DNA from: Felis catus
Lineage: Eukaryota
Length of the DNA stretch: 64,000 nt
Assembly: GCF_018350175.1 (NCBI RefSeq)
Contig: NC_058368.1
Coordinates: 29,700,001-29,764,000 of the forward strand
Direction of reading: 5' to 3'
In this document: one piece after another, positions 1-10,610 of the stretch
Numbering within the stretch: position 1 is the first letter of the stretch
Layout: every line of letters starts with the position of its first letter
The notes under the pieces: model-generated
The model's input: the letters and a program-made list of their open reading frames with translations, nothing else
Told to the model about the DNA's origin: nothing
Database searches by the model: none
Program-made: the position numbers and the translations under genes

Positions 1-239
1 AGTGGGAGGACTTGAAAATTATTTTACTCTTCTTAACAAGTTCTCTTTTTATTTTCTTTGAGAAAGTATTGCTCATTGAGTGCAGAATATCTTTCTAGGA
101 CACAAAGTTGTTAGACACCTAAGTACTAACACATGAAAGCCACACCTGCTGTTAATGCAGCTAAGGATGGTCATATTTTTGATTGTCACAAAATTCAAAA
201 CAGAATCCATTCACATTGACTTTATTTTTTAAAGAGTAT

Positions 240-600
240 GCTAATTTTTGACTCCAAGGAAATAATCCAAAAGAAGGGGGAAAAGTCAATAAAAATCAAG
301 ATGATCATTGTGGAGTAGTTTATAATAAAGAAAACCTAGAAACAAGAGTGAGTAGTTAAGTAAATTACGTTGTGTCAATTTGATGGACTATCGTACAGTC
401 ACTCAAAATTATAATTATGCAGACTGTGTAGCAACAGAAAATGCCTATGATATAATGTCAAGCACGCCGAGCAAATTGCACATATACTTGATTACAGCTC
501 TAAAAATCATGTTTACATGTGGGCAAAGACTAGCAGGAAGCGAGAAGAATGAAAACAGATGATTAGTTCGGCTGGTGGGATTGTGGGGGGATTCCTCATC
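240..600 (+). mobile_element. Ancient L1 (L1ME-like) 3' fragment
   Basis: Degenerate A-rich L1 3'-end pattern (aaggaaataatc...gtttataataaagaaaacctagaaacaa...gttaagtaaatta...atggactat); boundaries approximate. Confidence 0.5.
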
Positions 601-1154
601 TTCTGGAATTGGTGTTTTTCACGTTGTTTGTGCAGTTTCGAAAGAATGCTGTTTAGCCCTTTTTGGGACCATTTTCGAGAGTGTTGGTCCCAGGAAGGCA
701 CATAAACAGCAATGAGGAGTGCAATTCCCGATCATGCCCCACTGCCGGGTCTCTCCTGGGTGCCTGGCTCTGCTGGTGGGAATTACTTGGATCCGACCTG
801 AGCACGGCTGTTTGCACATTGTTCCCAAGCAGAACGTTGCTGCGGAAACTCAACCACTGGATGAATATTTATATATACATTTGATTATATCCACAGCGAT
901 TTACCACTTTATTTTTCATTTAAAAACAACTCAAGCACAGGCTGGGAAACGTTTACCTGGACTGTTGTAGAGGGAGTTGCTACTTGGGGTAGAAGTTTTA
1001 ACTGGATGGTCTTAAAGACGTGCTGAATCTATGAGTCTCACCCATGACCGGCGTGACCTTTATATACATATCGTCGTCGAGGCTCTTAGATGTGCACGTG
1101 CTGTTTCCTGCTCCAGGAATGATGTGGCACATCCTTTAAAATATAGACCTTTGG

Positions 1155-1350
1155 AATGGATAGGCAGGCTCTGCAGTCAGTAGCCCTGGGGTCAAATCCC
1201 ACTGTTCCCACTGACAAGCTGTGTGACCGTAGATGAGTTACTTATTATATCTCTGGACCTCAGTTCTGTAAAATCTGTAAAATCGAGACATCAAAACCTA
1301 TCCCCGAAGGTTGTTGAGAGCACGGAGATGATTGGGCATGTAGTAGGTAC
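1155..1350 (+). mobile_element. MIR SINE
   Basis: MIR core: ctggggtcaaatccc...agctgtgtgacc...ctctggacctcagtt...ctgtaaaat. Confidence 0.75.
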
Positions 1351-2477
1351 AGAATTAAATGAGAAGGAAATAGAGGTACACACTAGTGACAGACCGAAGC
1401 AATCTGGTGAGCTTTAACACATGGAAGCACAGGAAAAGTGAGTTTTAAGTAGGGATTTAAAGGAGCATATCCAGTGCACGTGAAACAGAAAACTGCTGAT
1501 AACATATGCCCATATGCCACAGCGTAAAGAAAAGCTGGGAGTTACTGCCAATTTACAGATGGCGAAAACACCGTTTCTCCCGGGAGCAGCTGTAACAAAA
1601 GCAAACGTGAGCAATCAAGAGGCTCCTAAATTTTGATTTAATTGCAAAAAAATCAAATGCATAATCTGAGAATCACCATAGGCACCTGCTCTACCTTCTC
1701 TCTCTTAAGTCAAGATCTCTCTGTTAACTAGATCAGCCTTTCATGCTGCAATTCAAAGAGATGCTTCCCTAATAAGCTGGCTTCTCAGATTTATGCCACT
1801 ACATGTATCATGTGAACTATTTTCTGTTTTAAATCCCCAGCAATTCTCTTGGGACCAAGATTTCCACTGACATTGAGATTCAGTATTAATTCAAAGACTA
1901 CTTTCCTAGTTACATCAGAATTCGATAAACTAAAACAGAAAAACTTTGGACTTTTTGCAAACCAGTATTAAGATTTTTTTTCTTTCTTTCCTTTTTTTTT
2001 TTTTTTGCCTTCACTTTGTGTAGGAAAGTAAAAATATTGAAAGGAGAAGTAATTATTTACACAAAACTTAAAAAGCAATAAGCTGTTTTGATTTCTCAAA
2101 AGTGTACCCTGAATACACAAGGAACTTCTGATATTTCAGGCATGTGGAAACTAAACTAATGAGCATGTCGCATGGAAAGATTAAATACAGTGTATGGTAT
2201 TTTCAGAGTCAACACAAAACCCACTGGGCATTTATGGCATCTGAAGACTAGGTTTATGGAATCCACTGAGCCAAGTTTTGTGCGGAAGCTGGAGCTGGAC
2301 AGATATACTATTCACAGCACTTGGGGATTTGTGTGGAAACAGCTTACAGATTTTCTGACAACCTTGTCTTTCAACTCAGATGAATGAAGTACTATTGTTT
2401 GGTCATGAGGAACTTTCATTAAAAAGTTGTCACCAAAGCTGTTTCTCATTAGGGGCAAGGGGTATAGAAATGGTAGT

Positions 2478-2685
2478 TTTTTAAATTATTATTATTATTA
2501 TTAAAGTTTATTTATTTTGAGAAAGAGTGAGAGGGTGGGGAGGGGCAGAGAGAGAGAGGGAGAAAGAGAATCCCAAGCAGGCTCCACACTGGCAGCCCAA
2601 TGCTCAAACTCACGAACTGTGAGATCATGACCTGAGTTGAAGTCAGGAGTTGGGTGCTTAACCTACTGAGCCACCCAGGCAGCCC
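2478..2685 (-). mobile_element. Can-SINE, internally deleted
   Basis: Reverse tRNA-like head (tgagccacccaggcagccc), GA tract, T-rich tail; TSD tagaaatggtagt at 2465-2477 and 2686-2698. Confidence 0.93.
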
Positions 2686-2729
2686 TAGAAATGGTAGTCT
2701 TTAAATTTTGCTTGAAAAATGAAGATACA

Positions 2730-2951
2730 GGGCACCTGGGTGGCTCAGTCCGTTAAGCGTCCAACTTCAGCTCAGGTCATGATCTCACGGTCTGTGGGTT
2801 TGAGCCCCGCATCGGGCGCTGTGCTGATGGCTCGGAGCCTGGAGCCTGCTTCAGATTCTGCGTCTCCCCCCCGCCCCCGCCCCTCCCCTGCTCACGCTCT
2901 GTCTCTGTCTGTCTCAAAAATAAATAAACATTAACAACAACAACAAAAAAA
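2730..2951 (+). mobile_element. Can-SINE (felid SINEC_Fc-like)
   Basis: gggcacctgggtggctcagtccgttaagcgtccaacttcagctcaggtcatgatctc, CT tract, aataaataaa tail. Confidence 0.95.
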
Positions 2952-3529
2952 GATAATACATTGGACACGAAAATCAGTGCCAAATTAGCTTTGAATGAAA
3001 AATAGGTGACCAAATGCCAAGATAAGACTAATAACCTTTGGGATTTGTTAGTAGATACACTCTTGTCTCCCAGCTGGCCCCTGATTTAGATTACTGTGAA
3101 AGGAGATGGTGTCTAGAGCACACAGACAAGTGGACATTTTGTAGGTGACTACTTGATACTGCGTTGATTGATGTTGCCTCACACACCCTTTTTCAAGTAC
3201 ATTGGCTTGGTTTAGGGCTTGGGGATGCGTAACACACTTAGCTCTTCTAAAGCCGTGGTCTTTCTTGGCTGAATGTAAAATGCCAAATATTGTGCTATCC
3301 ATGGACATGTTAAGACTTCTACAGGTTCTCAGGCATCCTCTATTTGTAAATCAGTTTAAAATGACTGCTGGGTAGACCATTGCTCCAATAATCACTGAGC
3401 TGGAAGAATCTACATAGGGCTGAAGGATGCTAAGGCTTTCAAAATATTTGGCTCAACAATTGGCAGTCAAGTAGTAGGAAGATTTATTTCTTTATCTTCT
3501 TCAAGGGCAGATGACTTACCAGAAAGTGC

Positions 3530-3930
3530 AATTGGTTTGTGGTCAATAGACCTGGGTTTGAGATCAAGTGGAAAGAGGGTGAGATTGGGATCTGGGTATG
3601 GGTCTTAAATGGACAGTGTTAACACCTGTGAAAACTTTCTCACCTATCAGAGTCTCAGTTTACTTGAGAAATGAGCCTACTAGTAGCATTATTCTCACAG
3701 GATTGTTAGGAGGTCTCCATGGGGTGTGATGTTTTCGAAAGTGCTTTGTGTCTTATAAAGTACTGTACTGAGTTAGCCACTATTCCTGCTAATTGTGAGA
3801 TCTTGGACAAATCTCTTAGCTCTCCTGAGCCTCAGTTTCCTTCTTTGTAATATGGGAAGAGTAATGGCAGACCTATTCACTCCCTAAAGGTATTGCAAAG
3901 CTCAAAATGAAATGATGTGAAAAAAACTAG
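3530..3930 (+). mobile_element. Two adjacent MIR fragments
   Basis: gacctgggtttgag...agtctcagttt and tcttggacaaatctcttagctctcctgagcctcagtttccttctttgtaatatggg MIR cores. Confidence 0.65.
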
Positions 3931-5264
3931 GCATAGGGCAAAAGACTTTATTATTTTAGCAATTTAGAAAAATTAATTTCAAAATATCCAAGTGAAATGG
4001 CTTGAGTGTTATCCACTTTGGGATGATTTAATGATTTCTATTGCTTGTTGAATGTTGCCATTTGTTTAATTCGATCTATAGGTGATTTCTAATATTCTAA
4101 TAATCTCTTAGGTGGTTTATGGCCTAAATATAATTTGGTGGCTTAAGAAAACTATGTTCTCATGTTACCATGGAGTTGTTTTCAACTACTTCCCAGGACA
4201 ACCACCTCTTGAAAGCTGGCCCATCACTGTATCTGCTTTTTCTCCTTTTGGTAGTTACGTCCCCATTTCCTAATCGCTCTATTGTCTGCTTCAGCAACAT
4301 ACAACTGGCACATGTTGGCCTGGAGCCAACAGTAATTTCCTCATTGCTCTTTTGGAAGGGTGATCTCTGCTAGAAGTTGGGCATTAGTTATGCAGAATCT
4401 TTGTGGAGCAGGAGCGGAGCCTCAGAAACACTATGGAAACTGACAAGTTGAGAACACGTAGATGGACAGATAGAATTTAAGAAATAGCATAAATCTGCAT
4501 CTTTGAAGAAGATCCCCTTCTTGCTGTGCAGCAACATTGTAGCCTTTGAGACGTTTTATGGGTGCTTTTTGAGGTTTTCAGTGCCACTGTGTGATAGGCA
4601 CTGTTCGAATAAGAGCCAACGTGTCTTGAAAGTTTCTGTCACTGCTTTTATTCAGAGAGGGTTGGCTCAGCTCGGCTGAATATATACTCTTTCTTTAGAA
4701 AAAGCCCAAGGACAGGCACTGTTGACATTATCTTTGCAATTTCAAATAAAACATTCCTTGGTGAAAGGCAGTCTTGTTCCTATCCCAAGATCTATCAATA
4801 TTGGCTCCCAAGCTGGTCTTTGCATTTCACAGAGGATGTCAGGTATCAGCATTTGTGCTTGTCTACATCCCTGCAGAGTCCTCCTTAGCAGGTCCTTACC
4901 TAGTTAAACAGGACAAAAGAAGATATTTCTTTTCTAGAGGATTTTGACTTCCAAAGAATGATGGGAAGGTCAAAGGGCCATATGAGCTGGTATGGCCGAC
5001 TCAAGGACTGACCTATTTTCCACATTTATGTGTGCAAAGCTCCCAAGTGAAAAGCAGAAAATGGCCAGTTGAGTTGAAAATTGAGAATGTGAAGTGGCAC
5101 AAAGGGCTAAGTCTCTCTGAAAAGTAAAATAACAACCAAGGAGAGCAGATAGTAGAACTTGTTAGCAGCCACCCAAGAAGTGAGAGGAAGGGGTGGTGCA
5201 GGTAAAGGTCTGGGTGGTGTGTGTGTGCAAGTGTGCATGTGTGTGCAGTTGGTATGGATAGACG

Positions 5265-5490
5265 AGAGGCAGAATGGCCTAATGGCTAGAAGGCCAGCCA
5301 GCCTTGGCTTGAATCATAGCCCCCAGATTACTTTACTTCGTTAGTCTTAGTTTTCTCATCTGCAAGTGGAAAAAACAGCAGTACCTACTTCCTAGGGTTG
5401 CCATGAAGGTCAAATGACAAATAAGGTATCTAAAACATGGAAAATATAATTCTGGTATAGAGTAAGCCCTCAATAAGTACTCCCTATTTT
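5265..5490 (+). mobile_element. MIR SINE
   Basis: tcttagttttctcatctgcaagtggaaaaaacagcagtacctacttcctagggttgccatgaagg...agtaagccctcaataagt. Confidence 0.7.
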
Positions 5491-5756
5491 ATCATTCCCA
5501 TGTATTTCCTGTGAATAGAAATATTGTGGCTACAAAATTATTAGTCATCCAGTGTTTTGGGGGGGGGGCTTTGAGATTTGGTTTTCCCCTTCCTACCATT
5601 ATAAAAGGGAAATGTGGGTCCTTTAGTTCTAAAAATGGTTCCTATTTTTTTTGGGGGGGGGGTCAATATCTTTCTCCATGTGTTCACTTTTTAGAATATC
5701 TTTTGAATGGCCAGTTGGTCTTTATTTTCCATGAATAAATTCTAATGATTTAATTA

Positions 5757-5911
5757 GGACCTTTAATCAGCCCTCCTCTTTTCAGCCCTGCTTTGTGCCT
5801 CTGCCTTCAGGACTAGTATTATTAATTCCTGAGCTTTTCGAGGTCCTGGAGTATAATTGGTTTGCCTCTGGTTGCCTTCCCTTGTGGGTACTTCAGTTTG
5901 ACTTTCTTTGT
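5757..5911 (+). repeat. Direct repeat copy 1 (~155 bp; copy 2 at 8261-8420)
   Basis: Manual alignment: aatcagccctcctcttttcagccctgctttgtgcctctgccttcaggact identical in both copies. Confidence 0.95.
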
Positions 5912-5955
5912 GATAGAGTTGTGAGATTTTCACAACTCTTAAAAATAGCATTTTT

Positions 5956-6160
5956 GGGGGCACCTGGGTGGCTCATCGGTTAAGCGTCGGACTCTTGATT
6001 TCAGCTTAGATCATGATTTCACAGTTTGTGAGTGTGAGCCCTGTGTTGGGCTCTGCACTGACACTGTGGAGCCTGCTTGAGATTCTCTCTTTCCATCTCC
6101 CTGCTCCTCCTCTGATTGTGCCGTCTCTATCTCTATCAACAAACAAACAAACAAGCATTA
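5956..6160 (+). mobile_element. Can-SINE
   Basis: ggggcacctgggtggctc head; perfect 15-bp TSD aaaaatagcattttt at 5941-5955 and 6161-6175. Confidence 0.95.
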
Positions 6161-6484
6161 AAAAATAGCATTTTTCCTAGTTTCACTGATATAATATCTT
6201 TTCTTATGTCTTTAGGGATATTGATTACAATTTTTAAAGAGGTTTTCTTCTATTCCCTGCACTGTCTTTATTTGTTCCGGATTTCTTTGTCCAGTGTATT
6301 GCTTCTGGTCTCTCTTTTCCTGTAGTGGTTTTCCTCATTTGTCTGAGATGCTTGGCTGTCATTGATACTTAAGCGCGAGGCCCTGAAAAGCTAAATGGAA
6401 GCTCTGTGTGCATGGCAGGACTGAGAGCTGGTATGGTCAACAGATGCGGACTTGGCTTTTTGTTTCAAACATACAAATATTTTT

Positions 6485-7335
6485 TAATTTTTTTTAATTT
6501 TTTATTTCATTTTTTATTTTTTAAAATTTACATCCAAAGAAGTTAGCATATAGTGCAACAATGATTTCAGGAGTAGATTCCTCAGTGCCCCTTACCCATT
6601 TAGCCCATCCCGCCTCCCACGACCCCTCCAATAACCCTCAGTGTGTTCTCCATATTTATGAGTCTCTTCTGTTTTGTCCCCCTCCCTGTTTTTATATTAT
6701 TTTTGTTTCCCTTCCCTTATGTTCATCTGTTTTGTCTCTTAAAGTCCTCGTATGAGTGAAGTCATATGATTTTTGTCTTTCTCTGACTGACTAATTTCAC
6801 TTAGCATAATACCCTCCAGTTCCATCCACGTAGTTGCAAATGGCAAGATTTCAATCTTTTTGATTGCAGAGTAATTCTCCATTGTATATATATACCACAT
6901 CTTTATCCGTTCATCCATCGATGGACATTTGGGCTCTTTCCATACTTTGGCTACTATTGATAGTGCTGCTATAAACATGGGGGTGCATGTGTCCCTTCAA
7001 AACAGCATACCTGTATCTTGTGGATAAATGTCTAGTAGTGCAATTGCTGGGTCATAGGGTAGTTCTATTTTTAATTTTTTGAGGAACCTCCCTACTGTTT
7101 TCCAGAGTGGCTGCACCAGTTTGCATTCCCACCAGCAGTGCAAAAGAGATCCTCTTTCTCCGCATCCTCGCCAACATCTGTTGTTGCTTGAGTTGTTAAT
7201 GTTAGCCATTCTGACAGGTGTAAGGTGGTATCTCATTGTGGTTTTGATTTGTATTTCCCTGATGATGAGTGATGTTGAGCATTTTTCATGTGTTGGTTGG
7301 CCCTCTGGATGTCTTCTTTGGAGAAGTGTTTATTC
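6485..7335 (-). mobile_element. 5'-truncated carnivore L1 (ORF2 C-terminus, 3'UTR, poly-A)
   Basis: Minus-strand ORFs [10 protein letters not shown]...[26 protein letters not shown] and MFIAALSIVAKVWKEPKCPS are the L1 ORF2p Cys-rich end; T-rich tail at 6485-6525. Confidence 0.95.
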
Positions 7336-7353
7336 ACAAATAAACAGATATTT

Positions 7354-7384
7354 AAAAAAAATTTTTTAATGCTTGTCTATTTTT

Positions 7385-7453
<69 letters not shown>

Positions 7454-7612
7454 AGGGGAGGGGCAGAGAGAAAAGGAGACACAGAATCTGAAGCAGGCTC
7501 CAGGTCTGAGCTGTCAGCACAGAGCCCGATACAGGGCTTGAACTCACAAACCATGAGATCATGACCTGAGCCAGAGTTAGGCACTTAATCGACTGAGTCC
7601 CTCAGGTGCCCC
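7354..7612 (-). mobile_element. Can-SINE with expanded (GA)n tract
   Basis: gagacacagaatctgaagcaggctccagg...gagatcatgacctgagcc; (GA)n at about 7385-7445. Confidence 0.95.
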
Positions 7613-7786
7613 AGGATATACAAATATTTTTATCTGTGGGTCTTTCCCTGGGTCCTAGTAGTTTCCTCAGAGAGGAATCCTCTATCTACTCTTGTCCTGA
7701 GTGTTTCGATTACATTCCAGTATTTGGGGAGCAGGAAGAGAAAGAGGCAGAAGGTTCTCTCCTTTCAACCTGTAGTATTTTCTTTA

Positions 7787-8069
7787 TTTTTATTTAAAAC
7801 TTTTTGGGGCATAATTGACATACAGTATTATTTTAGTTTCAGCGTACAACATAGAAATAATCACCATGGTAAGTCCAGTTACCATCTATCACCAGACACA
7901 ATTTACAGTATTATTGACTATATTCCCTTTGTTGTACATTACATCCCTATGCCTTATTTATTTTATAACTGGAAGACTGTACCTCCTAATCCCCTTCACC
8001 TTTTTTGCTCACGCCCCCGCCCCGTCCCCACTGGCAATTACTGGTTTGTTCTCTGTATCTAAGAGTCTG
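7787..8069 (-). mobile_element. Short L1 3'-end fragment (L1_Carn/L1MA-like)
   Basis: L1 3'UTR (tattattgactatattccc...ttttataactggaag); 16-bp TSD tg(t/c)agtattttcttta at 7771-7786 and 8070-8085. Confidence 0.88.
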
Positions 8070-8260
8070 TGCAGTATTTTCTTTAATTCTTCTTTTTTTG
8101 GATGTAGCTCATCTTGCCCTTACCTGTGCCTAAGCCTCATACTCCAGCACCTGGCTTGTTGATCCTCCCTGAGTGAACCCCCTCTTCTGCGTGGCAGAGT
8201 AAGGGCTGTTGTCTGGCTACGTAGATAGAGCAGGCACCTGGGACACAAACCTCCTCATAT

Positions 8261-8420
8261 GGACCTTCAATCAGCCCTCCTCTTTTCAGCCCTGCTTTGT
8301 GCCTCTGCCTTCAGGACTACCTAGTATTATTAATTCCTGAGCTTTCGGGGGTCCTGGGGTACAAATACGTTTCCCTCTGGTTGCCTTCCTCTGCAGGCAC
8401 TTCAATTTGGCTTTCTTTGT
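8261..8420 (+). repeat. Direct repeat copy 2 (of 5757-5911)
   Basis: See copy 1; this copy has a 4-nt insertion (acct). Confidence 0.95.
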
Positions 8421-8609
8421 TGTCTCTCCCATACAGTTTCCATGTTTCAAAATGTTATTGACATTTTTCATTTGTTGAGTCTCCTTCTGTTTGTTGTTTG
8501 TTTGTATATTTTTAGCTCTTTAATTCTTTTGGTGTCATTTTATCAGCTTTTAGGACGAAGTAGAGATAAACACCTGTGTTTATTTAATCAGGAGTCCAAT
8601 CATGGAATT

Positions 8610-8745
8610 TTAACAACATACCGACACCCAAGTCCCATCCCTAAAGATTCTCATTAAGGGGCCTAGGGTGGGATCTAGGCATTCCTATATTTTAGGGGCT
8701 CTCAGTAGGGTGATGAGGTGAGCCGACTTCATGGCCCACTGAGTC
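8610..8745. mobile_element. MER5-like hAT MITE fragment
   Basis: cccatccctaaagattctcatt...ctagggtgggatctaggcatt resembles the MER5A/B interior. Confidence 0.5.
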
Positions 8746-9499
8746 CCAGTGGAGTGTGGCCTTGAATACTTTCCTCATGCGTAGTCGACTTCTCTCTTTG
8801 CTAGAAGCACAGCAGTGGGCAACGGCTAAGTGTGAAAAGCGTTTATTGGCTGCTTTCTATGTCCCTGGAATTGTGTTAAAGATTCTTTTGGTTGCAGATG
8901 ATTGAGTTAAACAGCTTCGGCAGTGAATTTTTGGCCAATATAAATAGTGATGGGAAAAGCAGGTACTCAAGCACCAGATGGGCTTCCCCGATCTTGCAGC
9001 AAATCTTTCCTCTGTGGGCTGGCTTCGTTCTTCATGAGGCTAGAACCATAACTACTGTCAGACACAGTCTTCCATCTTTACAGATTCCATTCTAGAGAAG
9101 AAGAGTCTTTTCCTTCAACCCCACTATGCCCATCCCAGCTCAGGTATGAACAAACTGGGGAAGGCCTTGGGGTGGCAATTCAGTACCAGAGTGTGTGCAC
9201 GCATCGTGTGTGCAAAACCACAGATACGCTTATTTCCTTAGTGTTCCGAAATCTTCCAAAGTCAGGTCCACGCCTATATATCATTCCTGTTCATTAGTTC
9301 TAGATGTAGCTTCTTACGATTCTGAAACTTACAGGTAATACGAACAGTTAATCTTTCTCAACTTACCCAAGCCCCTAGAGTTCTGGTCTCAGTGGGCTGA
9401 GTCCCCAGACATGGCAGATAATCATGTAACAAACAGCTTAAGGGACTCTTACCAGAGATCTCTATCAGAGTGAGGGGATCCCGACTGCCTTCCGTTTAC

Positions 9500-10000
9500 T
9501 GTTCTGCTTAATCTGTTGCTGCACAACACACTGCCTCAGTTGTTAGTGGTGAAAACAATAATGATCATTTATTTTGCTCATGGTTCTGGAGACTGACTGG
9601 GCTCAGCCAGGTAGTTCTCAGTTGTGGTCTTAGACAGCAGCTGGGGCTCGGGTCCTCTCAAAGGCTTTTTCATCCCACAAAAGGCGCCTGGCTGGGAAGA
9701 CTCCAATGGCTGGGCTCCTTGGGCAGTTCTCTTTCCTCAAGGTCTCTCCATATGTCCGCTTCAGGGATCTGGACTCCTTACATGGCAGGTGAAGGCTCCT
9801 GGGATGAGTGTCCCTAGATAAACTGGCAGAAGCTCCATGGCTCTTTCTGTCCTAACCTCAGAAATCATAGTGTCATCTCCGCCCCACTCTGTTCATCTAG
9901 GCAGTCACCAAGGCCTGCCCAATTTCAAGGGGAGGGGGCTGATTCCACCCCTCGATGGAAGGAGTGTCAAAGAATTTGCAGACCTATGTCATAATCACTA
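9500..10000 (-). mobile_element. MaLR solo LTR (MLT1H-like)
   Basis: aggcctgcccaatttcaaggggaggggg...gatggaaggagtgtcaaagaatttgcagac is the reverse of an MLT1G/H 5' end; tttattttgctcatggttctg interior. Confidence 0.75.
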
Positions 10001-10409
10001 TCCTGATATTCACTCTGCCAGTGTCCCTTTTTAGGGTCTGTCACTGTAGACGTCCCAATTCTGGCTTTTACAGGATTCTTTTTGTTGCATGTGATACGAT
10101 TTGAATTAACATATAGCCAACTCACAGAAGGGTGGGGTGACTAGAGCCAAGGACTTCAACATCTGTATTCCCTGTTCTCCCAGTGACTTGCTCAGGACAC
10201 TTCCCTGGACCAAAGACTAGCTGTAGGACCTCAGCTATGCATGACATATCTGAAAAGGGCCATCGCCTCTCCACCAGTTACTGTGGTCAAGGTCGTGGGA
10301 GAAGGTAGCATCTCCCATGTGGCCACCAGAGTAAGGTGTTGGGGAAAGGCAGTTTCCTGAAAGAACAGGGGTGCTTTTCTCAGGGAAGGTGGGCAGTGAA
10401 ATCCTGCTC

Positions 10410-10610
10410 AATTTTTACATAGAGTATCTCAATTAATTCCAACGACAACCTGCCCTGAGGTAGGTCCTAATGTTACTCCCTTTAAGCAAATGAAAACATT
10501 GAGGCTTAGAGATATTCAATATCATGTCCAACATCACTCAGCCAAGCCCAGCAGAGTGAGTTGCTGAGCCCATTCTGTCCAAATGCAAGTCCCTGATCTC
10601 AACGCCCCTC
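10410..10610 (-). mobile_element. MIR SINE
   Basis: acaacctgccctgaggtagg...aatgaaaacattgaggcttagaga...tccaacatcactcagc. Confidence 0.65.

Larger units (their letters stand above)
5757..8600 (-). mobile_element. HAL1 (half-L1) 5' region fossil, interrupted by two SINEs and two L1 fragments
   Basis: Reverse complement of 6176-6420 (cagagcttccatttagcttttcagggcctc...gacagccaagcatctcagacaaatgaggaaa...gacagtgcagggaatagaagaaaac...aatatccctaaagacataagaaaagatatt) resembles the recalled HAL1 5'UTR/ORF1 start and the 62590-62800 region; ends approximate. Confidence 0.65.

Noticed and set aside
5757..8420. Direct repeats as LTRs of a novel retroelement
   Set aside because: No TG...CA termini, PBS, PPT or TSD seen; the interior is HAL1/L1/SINE.
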